This document shows positions 12,546 through 26,679 of a stretch of DNA of 64,000 nucleotides, piece after piece; position 1 is the stretch's first letter; the number at the start of each line of letters is the position of its first letter. The position numbers and the translations under genes were made by a program. This stretch comes from the human T2T-CHM13v2.0 reference genome, Homo sapiens, in the NCBI RefSeq assembly GCF_009914755.1, contig NC_060932.1, one strand, 5' to 3'. The notes under the pieces are model-generated. The model worked only from the letters and a program-made list of their open reading frames with translations. It was not told where the DNA came from and ran no database searches.

Positions 12546-12704
12546 TTCTAAAATGTTCAGACTGCTATATACATGGACTTGAGATGAATAAGTGTTCCTT
12601 TACTACTTTTAAAGTCAGTATTTTGATTACTTGAAAAGGTAACAAAGAGGTCTGTTTTTTCTCTTTGAAACATGGTAGTAAAGTTATGTCAGTTAATATA
12701 TGTA

Positions 12705-13212
12705 CATATTACTTTCTTATTGCTGCTGTAGTGAATTATTAAAAATTTTACTGACCTAAAACAGGAAAAAAATAATTTTCTTTTAGTTCTGGCAATTAGA
12801 AGCCCCAAAGGGGTCTCACTGGGCTAAAATCAAGGAGTCAGCAGAACTGCTTTCGTTCTTGGAGGCTTTAAGGGAGAATTTATTTCCTTGTCTTGGCAAC
12901 TTCTAGAGGACACCCACATTCCTAGGCTCATGGTCTCTCTAGCTTCAAAGCCAAAAACATCCGATGAAGTCATTGTCAGGTCGCAGCTCTCTGGTTCTCC
13001 CTATTCTGCTTCCCTCTTCTACTTTTAAGAGGTTTTGTGATTACATCGGACCCACCTGGCTAATCCAAGAACACCACCTCATCTCGTGTTCAACTGATTA
13101 GCAACATTAATTCCATCTGCAACTTTAATGCCTCTCTGGCATGGACCCTAACATATTTACAGGTTCCAGGAATTAGGACATGGGTATCTTTGTGGATCAT
13201 TATTAATTAGAC
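12705..13212 (-). mobile_element. MLT1C/D-type LTR
   Basis: 'gggtctcactgggctaaaatcaagg...gtgattacatcggacccacctggctaatcca...ggttccaggaattaggacatgg'. Confidence 0.75.
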
Positions 13213-13239
13213 AGTGATATATCCTAATGCAAAAATTTT

Positions 13240-14570
13240 AAAAATTATTTACCCTTGCACATTTTCAGGTTGACATCTAGCATTTTTCACTACAGTTGCA
13301 AAGGATGTCATTTCTTGCATTTTGCAAATCTCAATATTTACATCACTCTTAAAAATATCTAAATGAATTTAAATGTGATGGCAATTTGATATAGTTATTA
13401 TCCATTTAATTTGTTTTTCTATACAGGTATGAACTCTTTTCCAACAGTTGAAATTGTATAGCCTTCCTTTTTTTTCCTAGCAAACATGTTCCCACTTTCT
13501 TTCTCCAGAGAATATTATATTCACATATTTTCCACACTTTAGGGTTTTTCTTTGATTACTCCAACACACATCTCTACAACAAAATTATACACATACTGTA
13601 CATATAATTATGCACATAGATATGTGTGTACATTCAATTTTCTGTGATCATAAAGTTTAATGAGTTTAAATTTTTTCTTCATACATATATAAATGTTAAT
13701 GCAATTAATGTGAACAGACAATTGAGCTAAAGAGATTATCCATTTTCTAAATATTTTAACTTAAAAAATAAATTTCATTAGAAAGACACCTCTTTGTCAT
13801 ATATGGGGGTGGAGAGAGAGGACATTATGGCATCTTGATTAGATGAAGCTTTTTTAAACAATATTTCAAATAGTCCCTCTGAAGTTTTCACATCTCAGCA
13901 CAACCCTTTGTAGTATGAGTCTGTGTGTAAGAGACAAGGCTTGATTTGGTAAAGTGGGACAGGATCAACAGTGAAAGCAATAAGAAAGTCAGGATGCCCA
14001 GTCGACGCGGAGCGACTTTTCTCACAGGATGTGCAGACTGTGCAGCAGATACAATTATAAATGCATCATGCATTATTTTCTTCTTTGAGTGCAATCACAA
14101 AATAGAACGTATCAGCAGTCCAATATTTATAGGGCACACATCTCTAGCAGTACTACAAATAGCATGACTGCCTGTGGGTGAGGTAATATGCTTTATGCAT
14201 CCCAACTATCAATAATAAACACAAATTCCAGTCAACCATGCTAGAGGAAAGACTGAGTTAACTTCTGATTCCCTGTAAAGAAAATGATATTGAGACACCA
14301 CTGTCATCTGGCAGGGAGATCTTTGAAAAGACAGGCAGCCCAAAAAAGTAGCAAAGAAGTTTTATTCAATTGTGTTTAAAAGAAATTAATTAAAATATTA
14401 CTATGTAGATTTTTCTGACATTAATTATATTTGTTAATTTTAGTTCATTGTGCAACTTGTGATATCTTATTCTGAGTAAATATTCATTTTCACAACTAAT
14501 TCTGTATTTATAATTGGTATGCCTTTTAAAAGGGAAACTCTATTAAGAAGTTTAAAATATAACTCAATAA
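13240..14570. mobile_element. Decayed hAT-Tip100 (Arthur1/Zaphod-like) DNA transposon fragment
   Basis: 'caaccatgctagaggaaagactgagtt...gaaaatgatatt...gcagcccaaaaaagtag' resembles the hAT transposase 3' end. Confidence 0.5.
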
Positions 14571-14611
14571 ATCATTGTCAAGCCAAATTGAATGGAATTC
14601 ACATTCACTTC

Positions 14612-14949
14612 TTTTTCTTTTCTTTCTTTCTTTTTTTTTTTTTTTTTTTTTTTGAGACAGAGTCTTACACTGTTGCCTGGCCTGGAGTGCAATGGCACAA
14701 TCTCAGCTGGGCTCACTAAAACCCCCGCCTCCTGGTTCATGCGATTCTCCTGCCTCAGCCTGCTGAGTAGCTGGGATTACAGGCACACACTGCCATGCCC
14801 GGCTAATGTTTTTTTTTTTTTTGCATTTTTAGTAGAGACAGGGGTTTCACTATGTTGGCCAGGCTGGTCTCCAACTCTTGACCTTGTGATCTGCCTCCCT
14901 CAGCCTCCCAAAGTGCTAGGATTACAGGTGTGAGCTACCGTGCCTGGCC
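14612..14949 (-). mobile_element. AluS (Sg-like)
   Basis: Full dimer with poly-T; flanking ATGGAATTCA repeat as likely TSD. Confidence 0.9.
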
Positions 14950-15149
14950 ATGGAATTCATTTAATCAAATGAAAAACAATTACTATTAACTGACTCCTGG
15001 TGTATGTCAGCCACTCTGTTTAGACTGTTTGGAAATGGTGTTTTATTTACTTCTCAAAAAACAAGTGACCAAGTACAAGCATGCAGAACCTTATATGTAT
15101 CATTGTTCATATTTCACTGCCAAGGAAAAATTAAGTAGAATATTCAGTC

Positions 15150-15950
15150 TCACAGCCAAACAACTCAGAATTAGATACTAGAATATTTTGACAATAAGTA
15201 GTAGAAACCATCAAATCATTATTCATACACTCAAGGGGTAGCTCACGGTAGGCGCAACATAGAGCAAAGAAAGTGGGAAAGAGAGCTCAGCATGGTTGCG
15301 GTGGCGATGGCGATGGAAACCAGGTATAACTTTAAATAGGGAGTTCAGGAAAGGCATCATCAATAGGGCAACGCTTGAGAAAAATTCAAGAGACAAGAGG
15401 AATCAGTCATGTCAATATCTGAGGCGTGAGCATTGCAACAGCAAATGCAAATGTTTAAGGTATTCTGGTGTTTGATGAACAAAACAAAAGCCAATAAATA
15501 AAAGTGGCAAACAGTGACAGCTGAAGCTGGGGTTGGGTGTGGTTTGCAGCTCACAGAGGATTTGTAAGCCTTTATTGGGTTTTCAGCTTCTACTCTGAGC
15601 AAATTGCAAAGCTGCTGTGGGAGGATGCAGAGTTACTGATCTAACTCACATTCTCCAACCTGACTGTAGCTGCTAAGTGGAAACTAGGCTGAAAGTTGGG
15701 GATGGTGGAGCAAGGGGAATCAGGTAGAAGGCCATTGTAGTAATCCAAACAAGGTAGTGACAGCAGCAGAGGCGGTGAGAAATGATCCAATCATAGACTT
15801 ATTTTGAAGGCAGAGCCAGAGGATCTGCTGATGGTATCAGGGAGGTATGAGAGAGAAAGGTCAAAAATGACTCCAATTTTTCTTTTTCTTTTTTCTTTTT
15901 TTTTTTTTTTTAACCCTGAGCCAACTGCAAGAATGGAGTTTCCATTTATT
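15150..15950 (-). mobile_element. L2 fragment
   Basis: 'ttttcagcttctactctgagc...ttttgaaggcagagccagaggatctgctgatgg'. Confidence 0.65.
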
Positions 15951-16119
15951 CCAGGGCAGTCATTGTGCTAGGTTTTTTATTCAAATTATCTATAATTCTC
16001 ATGCCAACCCAACATTGCAGGCAAGATGGCAGAAGCAAGGGTAGAAACAAAACTCTGCCTGTCTCAAAGTCCTCTGCATCACACTTAGCAGCTCCATGAT
16101 CTGGGGCAATTATCACTTT

Positions 16120-16360
16120 TAAGAAGGATTTGGCATGTGCTAGGCACAGTGCTAAACCTTCTTACATTAATTTTTCGATTTAATCCTCAAAACAACTTGA
16201 TCTGGAAAGCGTTGTTTATCTACATTTTCAGACAAGGAAAGTGAGGCACAGAAAGGATGAGTTGCATACAGTTGCACGGTGAGGAGGTAGCAGAGCTCAG
16301 ATGGGGAAGTACTAATGTGTCTTTATGACTCCAGAGCCCAAACGCCTCGCCCTTACATTA
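16120..16360 (-). mobile_element. MIR
   Basis: 'tttaatcctcaaaacaac...cattttcagacaaggaaagtgaggcacaga'. Confidence 0.75.
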
Positions 16361-17435
16361 GAACCCTCAAACTTATTCAGCTGGAATTGCCTCATCTATA
16401 CACTGGGAATTATATTTGCCTTTTAACTTAATTATACATAAATTAGCTGGCATACTGTAGACACCCAATATCAGTGTCTCTTTATCAATGTAACGTATGC
16501 ATGATGTCATGGAATTAGCACATAATGCTGATCCGCTACTCCTAGTGACAAATCCAAATGTCTGAATATGTCTCTGTAATCAAGGTTTTATTTTGCTTCA
16601 TTTTTAAGCCACAATTTTGAGTAAAATTCTTCTACCTCTTGATAAACAAGCAGTGAGTGGTGGCATGTGCAGAGAGATGGAAGGAGTTACCAGTGGACGT
16701 GTTGCCTCTCCAAGACAAGGCCAAGCAGCCAGTTCAGGAAATAAGATAAATGGAAGTGGTGGCAGGGCCTAACCCTATCCACACAAGTAAAAGTCATAAG
16801 GGGTCTCAGTGGTATCATTTTTAAGAAGACAATCAAGGACTTAGAATCCCAATCTGCCCATCTTCTCTAACCTCATCTGTCAAATATTAGTTTTAAGTGA
16901 CAGGATTTCTTAATCCTTTCCAGTTTTATATATCTATGAGTGGGGAGGGAGAGAAGATAGAGTAAAAGAAGAAGGACAAGGAAAGGAAGACGCAGGAAGG
17001 AGCTTCCTTTGATGCCTTTCAGAGATTCTATTTGCCCTGAGAATGGCTAATTGCATTTTCAGCCTTCTATGACTGATTGAGAAGACCCAGAATTTCTCCT
17101 GGTCCACAGTTTCTCCACCTTGAAGAAAATGACTGTGAGACCTCAAAGAGCCATTCTGGGTGTAATGATAACAAACAGAGGGGGAATGCCATGAGGATTT
17201 GAGATGAAAGATGCGATAGATGTATAAGTACTACATAGGTATGCAAAAAATGAACGAGGCATGATGTCTGCCTGAGAGGCCACACAAGCAGCAGTTAGAT
17301 ATCCAGTGAAAGATCTCCATGGGCAGGAAGGCAGATGACACCTCAGGTCCAGGAGCTGAAGTGAGCATCACTCAGTTGACAGAAAGCATCTAGAATGTGT
17401 CAGCGAAAGGCACTGGAATTATCATTCCTTCTTGA

Positions 17436-17515
17436 GAAGGAAAGAAGAAGAAAGAAGAAGGAGGAGGAGGAGCAGGAGGAAGAGGAGCAGGAGGAGCAGG
17501 ACAAGGAGGAGGAAG
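17436..17515 (+). repeat. (GAA)n/(GGA)n purine-rich simple repeat
   Basis: Direct inspection. Confidence 0.85.
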
Positions 17516-18546
17516 TCTTCTTCCCTTGAGGAATTCTTAGTCTCCTGGGAAAGATAGCTCTTTATACTGATAATATGCCACATTTTCTTATGGGTCTTGA
17601 TGGACATGCACAAAGTTTAAAAATATCACAAAAAGGAGAGATGATTGAGAGTAGCTGATAGAGGGTGAAAGCAGACTTTACAGGGTACTGGATGCCGTAA
17701 TAGAGCTGTGAGCACTAAACTGGAATGTGCCAAACACAAGAGAGAATCGTGGTGCCCTTCCTGGTAGAGGAAAAAAAAAAAAAAAACACGTGCAAGGGCA
17801 GAGGAAGGAAACCATCTGGCATAGGATGCCACTTCTTATCTTAAATGAGAAATCCATGACCTCCAGCCATCAAAGCTTCATTCATTCACAAGTCCTCTCT
17901 GGATCCATCCACTGCGAAAAGGAGCCCAAAGATAATGAATTTGTAAAATTTTCATTTTCAACCCTTAATTACATGGAATATATTGAGCTTCTAGCATATA
18001 GCTTGGCATATAGTAGGTGCTCAATAAATAATATTAAATTTATATTAATATAAAGGGAAAATAGGGAACTACAAAAACGTTTTTGTCAGTAGCAATTTTC
18101 TTGAGGTATTCTTTCTTAATCAGTCATACTCTCTTGATATGAAATTTAATTCCATTCAACAAGCATTTGCCGAGTGTCAGCTGTGTTTCAGGCACTCAGG
18201 AAGACAGGCAGAGCTGCCTCTCAGCTGGTGCGCACCAGAATGTTCTAGGAGGCTTCCATCTTGGTTGGCTGGAGAGCATGATTGCCAGTTGTGAATGATG
18301 AATATCTCCCTGAGTCCAGAGATGAATCAGATCCTGTCCTTGCTCTCAATGATTTACAATCAGCTGGGTCAGTTGTGGATCTTTCTTGCAGCAGGAAGTT
18401 TGGAGACCAGCCCTGCCACTGAATTACTGCGTAACTAGGAACAGCCACTGAGCCACTTACAAATGAGTTTCTCCACATGTAGTCAGTAATAATCTCACCT
18501 TCCCACCTCACAGGGATTACACCAGTTACTAAGCTATTGTTTCTCA

Positions 18547-18993
<447 letters not shown>

Positions 18994-19379
18994 CTATTCC
19001 TATAAGTGTCATCCTGGAACAGTCTTCATCTAGTGGCAACAGATGATTCTAGTTTTCTGCTTTTTTCCACTCTCAGACCAGCCTCATCATGCCCCTGGAG
19101 AGGTACCAGTGCCAACTGGCAGGGCAGCACCTTCTCTTCACCAGTAGGGATCCCATCTTCATAGGTTCTCTTTTCCAAATGTCTTGAATCTGATAACCCC
19201 AATCTCTTATATTTGTAAGGTTAATAACTGCTTCCTGCAGTAACTTCACTTTTTTTTTTTTTACCTTTTCATTCCTCTTGTATTTAGCCAGTTCCCTATT
19301 AAATTTTCCATTAAGACAACTAGTGTGGTTTTTATTTTCTACACGAGAGCATGATGGATTTGGTGATGCTATGACAATT

Positions 19380-20000
19380 GATTCACATTTACTTCCACAA
19401 ACATGTGTTCTGTCTTTGCTATGCTAAGATGCCATGCTAAGTGGTAAGGACACAAAGATGAAAAAGAAAGAAAGTCTGACCTCAAGGATGCTCCTGAGCT
19501 AGAAAGACACATACCATGCTCACTCTGTACAAAACCAATCAGGCCATACTCCAAGTTAAAATGCAAATACTGCCAACAAAGTGCAGTGGCCACACACAGC
19601 GGGCAGTGACTGATTCTAACTGAAAGAGTCTTACTGGCTGACAACAGGGCTGCTCCATGAAGAATGAAATTTTATAGAGAAAACAGAAGAGGAGTGGGTG
19701 GACGCACAGGAAACAGCAAGAGCCCAGAAGAGTAAAATTGTTCAGAATGTCAGGGAAAGGCAAGCAGCTCAGCAGAGTAGAAACAACACTGAAGCTGTGA
19801 TGGGAGCGTGTAAGAGCTGAGGCAGGAAGGGGGTGGTGGGTCCTTGGATGGCATGAGAAGAATTTGAACTCTTATTCTCCTAAAAGTAACAGACAGTCAT
19901 CAAAGGAATTTGTTTGAAGAGTGTCATGGTCAGATCTGCCTTTCCAAAGATCACTCTCGGTATCCCAGAGAAGATAGGAAGTTGAGCTGTGAAAGGAACT
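19380..20000 (-). mobile_element. L2 fragment
   Basis: 'agaatttgaactcttattct...tggtcagatctgcctttccaaagatcactctc'. Confidence 0.55.
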
Positions 20001-21910
20001 CCACTGGGAGATAAAAGGACTAAAGTAGGGCATTGGAGGGGTGTGTGGAGTAAGGGGCAAATTTGAATGAGATAACATATGTAAAATTACTTTGAAACAT
20101 ATAGAATCTTGATAGAAAATCTAGGTATTATTCTTGTTTCCCTTCATTTCTTGCCACTATGCTAACAGTAGCCACATCCCAAGTAGGCAGGCATCCATGT
20201 CAACTTCAGGCTCTAGATCTTGCATACTTTTCTCTATTCCTCCTGGAACACATTTGCAGACATTTAAACATTTTCAAATTCTATCTTGTTCAGTCAATCT
20301 CTTTTCTAATAATTATATCGTTATACAGTCTGGGCATTAACTCCTTCCAGAGCTCAAGCCCTGTTTAGGGAAGCTTATTGGCCAGTGATTGTTAGATCTC
20401 CAAATGACTTCTTGGACAAGATTTGGAGTCCTACAGTGTGGATCAAGATTAAGCTTGGCTCTGTCATTTACTGGCCTCAAAATGTCTTGTCAATTCTCAT
20501 TTTCTTAACCCGTAGAATGGGAATCCCAGTACCTATCTCAAAGTAAGTGATTTCCTGGGATATAACAATGAAGTCTGTAGGAAATCTAGCATGAAGCTCA
20601 ATCTACTTGAAAGCACGGTCAGAGCATTCTTTGGGAGTAAAGTCTTCTGTGTTCATCACTGTATATTTATTGACTGGCTAGCTCATTCAAATTAGCATTT
20701 GCTTGTCTTATTTTATTTTTTGTTTAGTCTACGTGAACATAATGAGGGTCACTTCTGTTCCATAGTGTTCTTATAGAAGCAGAAATACTGAAGAAAATTC
20801 CATCTCCTTATATTTCACTGCATCACCTTTTGCAGTTTCCCAAAGTCTTTCATTTTAATGAACAGACTGGCCTTTTTCAGAAGCCAAGGGATTGTTATGT
20901 CCATATTACAAGAGAGAAAATTGAGACCCAAAGGCAGGGAATGATTTGAGCATGTTCACAAGGCTAAAATAATAAAGTTGGGACTGGAATCAGATGTGTC
21001 CAACTATATAGTTCATTCTATCCTGGACCACAGAGTGGTAGTAAGATGGCCAGGATTTGCTGTTGGGGATGGGGAAGAGTTGTGTTCAGGAAGGAGTTAG
21101 GGGTCCTGCACTCAAGCTAATGAAGGACAATAGGGCAAAGTTCTGAGCCCCTCCCTAGGCCCATGGTGGGACAGTTTATCCTCATTTTGAATCTGTATCT
21201 AGATGCCTCCTTGCTTACAGCCTTCCTCTGTCAAAGGGTAGTGCTTGAGCCACAGGAGATGCTTCCACTTCATTTTCATTTTGTTTCCTTCCTTCTCTTT
21301 CTTTTCCTGATGCACTTTATGGAATCCATTGTCCTTGTCATCTCTACTCATCGCCTTAATTTATTTATAAAGGTACCCACTAAGAAGGGCCTCCTTCTCA
21401 TCCTTTCCCCTTTTCTATCCTTTGGTCCTATCCCTCCATGTGCCTGTGTTAGCTGCAGGGGAAAATAAATAAACCTTCCCACATTATGTACATAGGGAAT
21501 TAAAATTCAACATCTTTTCTTTTTACCTATGACAAAACACTTTAATTATACTGAAGCAAGGTGAATGCTGAAGGCAAAACCATATCGACAGAAACCAGAG
21601 CAAACACACTCTTTTCCCAAGCTAGACAGAGTAGGAAACAGCTTTCCATAAAGCAAGGGCATGGGGATGGAAGACAGCAAGACCCAAGTCCTAAAGCTAG
21701 TATCACCACCTCCTTCCAAATCTGTGACTTGGTACAAATAACCATCTTGTCTCTCAGAAAAGCTTTGCTGATCCTGACATACTGACATATATGTTTTTTT
21801 CCCTTGTAGGGATGAGACAAATTGTGTAACTGATTGTATTTCCTTTTAGTTCTATCATGAAGTTCATTGGTTTGTCTGGGGCTAAATTTAAATACATAAA
21901 ATGATATCTG

Positions 21911-22669
21911 TGAAACCACCTTTGCAAAGATTATGGCAGTGAAAGAAATCTAACATGGCTGACTCCATTTTACTTCTAGCCTAACAGGCTAGTTGTTCTC
22001 ACTCGTTCCTGGGCATAGGACAAGCTAACCATGGGAGCAATTTAGTTTATAGTTTAACTTGGAAGCAAGGATAATAATAGTTCTTCCCTAAAACTAACCC
22101 CCTCCTTGTTCAGGAACCAAAAACGAATAAAAAGCCGTGAAATTAGAATTATGAGAGGAACCTGAATTCTGCTAAGATTCAGAATAGGCATAGTTTCTAT
22201 TAATCCTGCTCAGGAGTCATGTGGCCAGAGGTCACAAGATTTGCAACTTCCCCAATTGCTCCTGTAGATAACATTGTTCTTGTAGAACCTAAGATTGTTC
22301 TTTTGAGATGTTTTTCCGACTTTTGGATTCTGGTAACTGACTGACCCCATTCAGACCTGTGACTCATGACTTAAGTAGTCCTGTGGCCCCCTCCTTGAGG
22401 CAGACTTAGTGCACAAGGACCGTTTTCCACACCCCTATGATTTCATCCTTAACCAGTTAGCAGCACCCAATCCCTAGCCCCCTGCCCACCAAATTATCCA
22501 TAAAACCCCCAGCCTCTGAGTTCTCAGGGACATGGATTTGAGTAATAACTCCAGTCCTTCCACTTGCCCAGCCTTGCATTAATTAAACTCTTTCTCTACT
22601 GCAACCACCAAGTCTCAGTGAATTGGTTTGTCTGTGCAATGGGCAAGAAGAACCTGTCAGGTGGTTACA
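21911..22669 (+). mobile_element. Intact solo LTR8A-type (ERV1) LTR
   Basis: Begins TGAAACCACCTTTGCAAAGATTATG, ends GGTGGTTACA; 4-bp TSD TCTG (21907-21910, 22670-22673). Confidence 0.85.
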
Positions 22670-23685
22670 TCTGCATCATTCCCAACTTATCCTCTGTTTT
22701 TCTATCTTCTCAGCATCCCTATTTTCCATGATTCTGGCTTTTTATGTTTGTATTCATATTTTCTTTCTACTTGTATTAAGTGAACATGTATATTCATGTT
22801 ATTGAATTTTTATACATAAAAACAGATTATAAGTAAATAATCTCTTCCCACTTCCATTTTTAGACCTATAAAGGTAGATAATAGTAACTACCACATAGCA
22901 TTGTTATGAGGCCAAAATAAGGCAAAATATATAAAGGTTTTAGCATAGCCTTGCCTATTAAATGTGAGTGTTCTCGTTTCCTCTCTGAAATGGAAGCATT
23001 GGCTGCCATGTGTGGCTCATTGAAAATGTTTTCAATCGGATATGTCAGATCTGAGGTGTGGGACTATGTAGTCAAGGCTAAAATAGTCCACAGATATGAG
23101 CATCCTCCAGCATCTCATAGCTGGGTGCCAAGTCAACAGTCACCTTACAGTCTTCAGGGTTCTCTCAGCCTTCACTACAATAAGTGCAATTTTATGCAGT
23201 GTTGGTGTTCAATAGTCCACGATCTTGGGCAAGTTATTAACCTCTCTAAAGATTCGGTTCATTCATCTATAGAGCAGAAAGAATAGTATTATCTCTCTCT
23301 CTTTAGACTTTAATGAAGATTATGTGAAATGGAACATGTAAATTGTTTATATCATGTAGTGCTTAATGTTAGTTGTTAAATGTAAGCCCAATAATTAGTA
23401 CTATTGTCATTCCTTGTACTTATATTTGGCATCACGCTATCTATCTCACCTTATTTTTCTAAGTTGGAAAAGCAGGTATTAAATTATTACCTCCATTTTG
23501 CAGATAAGGAAATTGAGGCTTAGAAATGTTTCATGACTCCACAGTTTAAAAAGTGATGGATATAAGTAGAAATTATTGCATAAGAAGGATTTAGAGTCAT
23601 CTAAAGTTGTAGAATAAACTAGGGCAGTTACTTCAGGTTCAGTCCATGCCAAATTTGAGTCTTAAAACTTTTAAAAAACATTTAA

Positions 23686-24370
23686 TTGGAAGGCCATTAG
23701 GCTGAGATGGCTCCAGTGTTTTGGGTTCTGTATTAGTCCATTCTTGCATTGCTATAAAGAAATACCTGAGACTGGGTAATTTATAAAGAAAAGTGGTTTC
23801 ATTGGCTCACAGTTCTGCAGATTGTACAGGAAGCATAGTGGCTTCTGGGGAGGCCTTAGGAAACTGATAATCATGGCAGAAGGCAAAGGGGAAGCAGGGA
23901 CATCTTACATGGTTGGAGCAGGAGGAAGAGAGAGAGAAGGGGGAGGTGCCACAAATTTCTATGCAACCAGATTTCATGAGAACTAATTCATTCTGCAGTA
24001 CCAAGAGGGGATGATACTAAACCATTGATGAAGGATCCACCCCCATGATCCAATTATTTCCTATCAATCAGGCCCCACCTCCAATACTGGGGATTACAAC
24101 TGAAAAAACAGAACTTAAGTTTAGCCAATCTGAAATCACCAACTAACCTCCAACTAGAGACTTCCCACTAGATTGTACCTAAACAAGGCAAAAGGCCTAT
24201 CTGTAACCAATCAAGCAATTTCTTTACTTTGCTTTCATGTGCACTCTACAGAAGCCCGCTGCTCATGCTGCTGAAGCAGAGTTCTCTGAACCTTTTCCAA
24301 GTGGAGTTCTGCCTGATTCACGCTCAAATAAACTTTGTTAAATTAATTTTGTCTAAATTTTTTAAACAAC
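23686..24370 (+). mobile_element. ERV1-type LTR (MER72/LTR47-like) interrupted by MSTA
   Basis: 5' 'ggaaggccattaggctgagatggctcc'; 3' 'gtaaccaatcaagcaatttctttactttgc...ctcaaataaactttgttaaatt'. Confidence 0.5.
23729..24103 (-). mobile_element. MSTA LTR, one end missing
   Basis: 'tgtattagtccattcttgcattgctataaagaaatacctgagactggg...ggccccacctccaatactggggattacaa'. Confidence 0.85.
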
Positions 24371-24464
24371 ATATATAGGACTAGAATGAAATGTCCATCA
24401 CCTAGCATAGCACCAAGCTCATTTCAGGGATTTTAGAACGGCTTTAAAAAAAAAGAATAAATAA

Positions 24465-25093
24465 ATAAAAGCTTTATTGAAGTATAATTGATATACAAAG
24501 ACCTGCACATATTTAATGAGTGATATTTATTGCAATTTGATGAGTTTGGATATACGCAAAAACCATCAGTACAATTAAGGTAATGGACATGCCCATTACC
24601 TTCCAGTTTTGTTATGTTGGCAGTAAGAACATGTAACATGAGATCTTCCCTCTTAAATTTTCTGGTGCACAATATCATATTATTAACAGTAGATAATATG
24701 TTGTATAGAAGACCTCTAGAATTTATTAATCTAGCATAACTGAAACTTTATACTTATTGAACAACAACTCTCCATCTTCCCACTCCTTGGCAACCACTAC
24801 TGTGATCCCTGCTTCTATGATTTTGACCATTATAGACATGTCATAAAAGTGGAATCATGTAGTATTTGTTCTTCTGTGCCTGGCTTATGTCACTTAGCCT
24901 AATGTCTCCCAGGTTCATTTGTGCCCGTGTTGGCACAAATGGCAGGATTTTTTTCTTTTTAAGACTAAACAACATTCCATTTTGTATATATACCATGTTT
25001 TCTTTATCCATTCATCTGTTGATGGACATTTGTGTTGTTTCCATATCTTTGCTATTGTGAATAATGCTTCGATGAACATGGGAGTGCAGAGAT
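24465..25093 (-). mobile_element. Old L1 (L1MA/MB) 3' fragment
   Basis: Antisense L1 3'UTR; ORF2-like peptide FTIAKIWKQHKCPSTDEWIKK at 24915-25157. Confidence 0.85.
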
Positions 25094-26679
25094 AAATGAA
25101 GGCTTCAATGCACAAATAGAAACAATGGGTAAATGTAGAGCCGCACTCGGGAGACAAGCCTATTTTAAGCTGAGAAGAAGATTATATTCCCATCAGCTTA
25201 CTCTTTCCTAGAGCTATCTGTTGTTCTCTAAAAGGCAGAGCATTGGATGGTGTTGAGATTGACTCAGCTTGGGAGTTTTGGAGCTAAAACAGATCTGGGC
25301 TCAAATCCTGGGTTTTGGTATTGTTAATATATTAAATCTTTGGTATTCTAAGGAATGCCCACTACTTTCAAAAGACATAAGTAACCTCACTACTCCAGTC
25401 ATGAACTTGAAGCCAGTTGAGATTTTGAGTAAAGTAAAAAAAAAAAGACTTACTCATCAAATAATCTGAAATATTTTCTTGTGAATGTAAGACAATTTTT
25501 CAAGGCAAGTACTGGAGGATTTACTTTATTTATAGACAGAAACCTATAAATAGGAAAAAAAATGTGTTGTCTTACCAAGAAAGGACTAGTCCATTTTGCA
25601 TCTATCTCATTCATTCATTTTATCCATTTCTATTCATCAAGGCACCACATTTTTCTCTCTTTAAAAAATCTAACTTATTTCATGCAGAATGGATTCTAAT
25701 ACGAGGTACCCTGTAATGTCAGGGAGCTATCCTAAGTATTATGTTAACTTCCATTTCTACACATTTTTCATACGGATACTCATATTACATACTCCTTGGA
25801 GATTTAAAAGGTTTGCATTGCCTTCATATACCCCCAAAACTCAGCATGATTTGTTCAAAATTTTACTAGTCAGCACTGAAATAAAAAAAAATGGTACATC
25901 ATGCACAATGATAAACTACCCCATGTGGTTTGGATAAATTAAATACTTTAAGCTTTCAGTCTCCCTAATGATTTGGAAATGAAGAAGCTGTGATTTATGA
26001 CTCCAGCTGATAGGTTAGATCTGAAGTTTACACTTTGAAAAATGCCGTATTTAAATTCCCCTATAAATAAAAAATAATATTGCTTTAAAAGCCCAGCCTA
26101 AGATATGTATGTAATAAATTAGAGATACTCATATTGAGTGGGGGAAATCTCCAAGACTGATGACTTTCTCCCTTGAAAAAATGCACTGAGTGAACCAGAT
26201 CTAGGTCTGTGTCTATCTGCTACCACTTAATCACCAGTTATTGTCCCTTTCTGTCCAGTCATTCATTTGCTCATCCTAATGACTACTGTTAAAACCACCT
26301 GCACTAGTTCAGTTGTAAAGATGATCTGATGTGGTTTTTAAGTCCAAATCAAGTATTTTTAATCAGGTAGTTTCAAAAGTCTTGATACCAATATCATTCT
26401 TTGTTCCTCGTGTTTTTTGTTTGCTTATGTGTTTATTCCAATGACATGACTGCTTTTGGCCTCTGATTTTCTCTCCCAAAAAGTAACAGAACTGAAGCAG
26501 GTAATCAATATGATGCACGTTAGTAGGGAAAAAAAAGTACTTGGAGAGGAGTCCGCTGACCCACGGTCCAGTTTGGCTTCTTCTCCTTTCTACCTCGAAG
26601 CCATTCACAAATTCCTTATTCTCTCTGGGATCTTTATATTGCAAGGGATTGGCTTATTTGACTCCAAACTTCCTTCTGT

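Noticed and set aside
14592-14933. 113-aa ORF (similarly 7803-8018, 18544-18987, 47924-48109, 48994-49182, 56827-57150)
   Set aside because: Typical Alu translations
17422-17613. Poly-Leu transmembrane-like ORF
   Set aside because: Antisense translation of a (GGA)n simple repeat
18225-18238. 14-bp perfect palindrome CTGGTGCGCACCAG
   Set aside because: A few palindromes of this size are expected by chance in 64 kb
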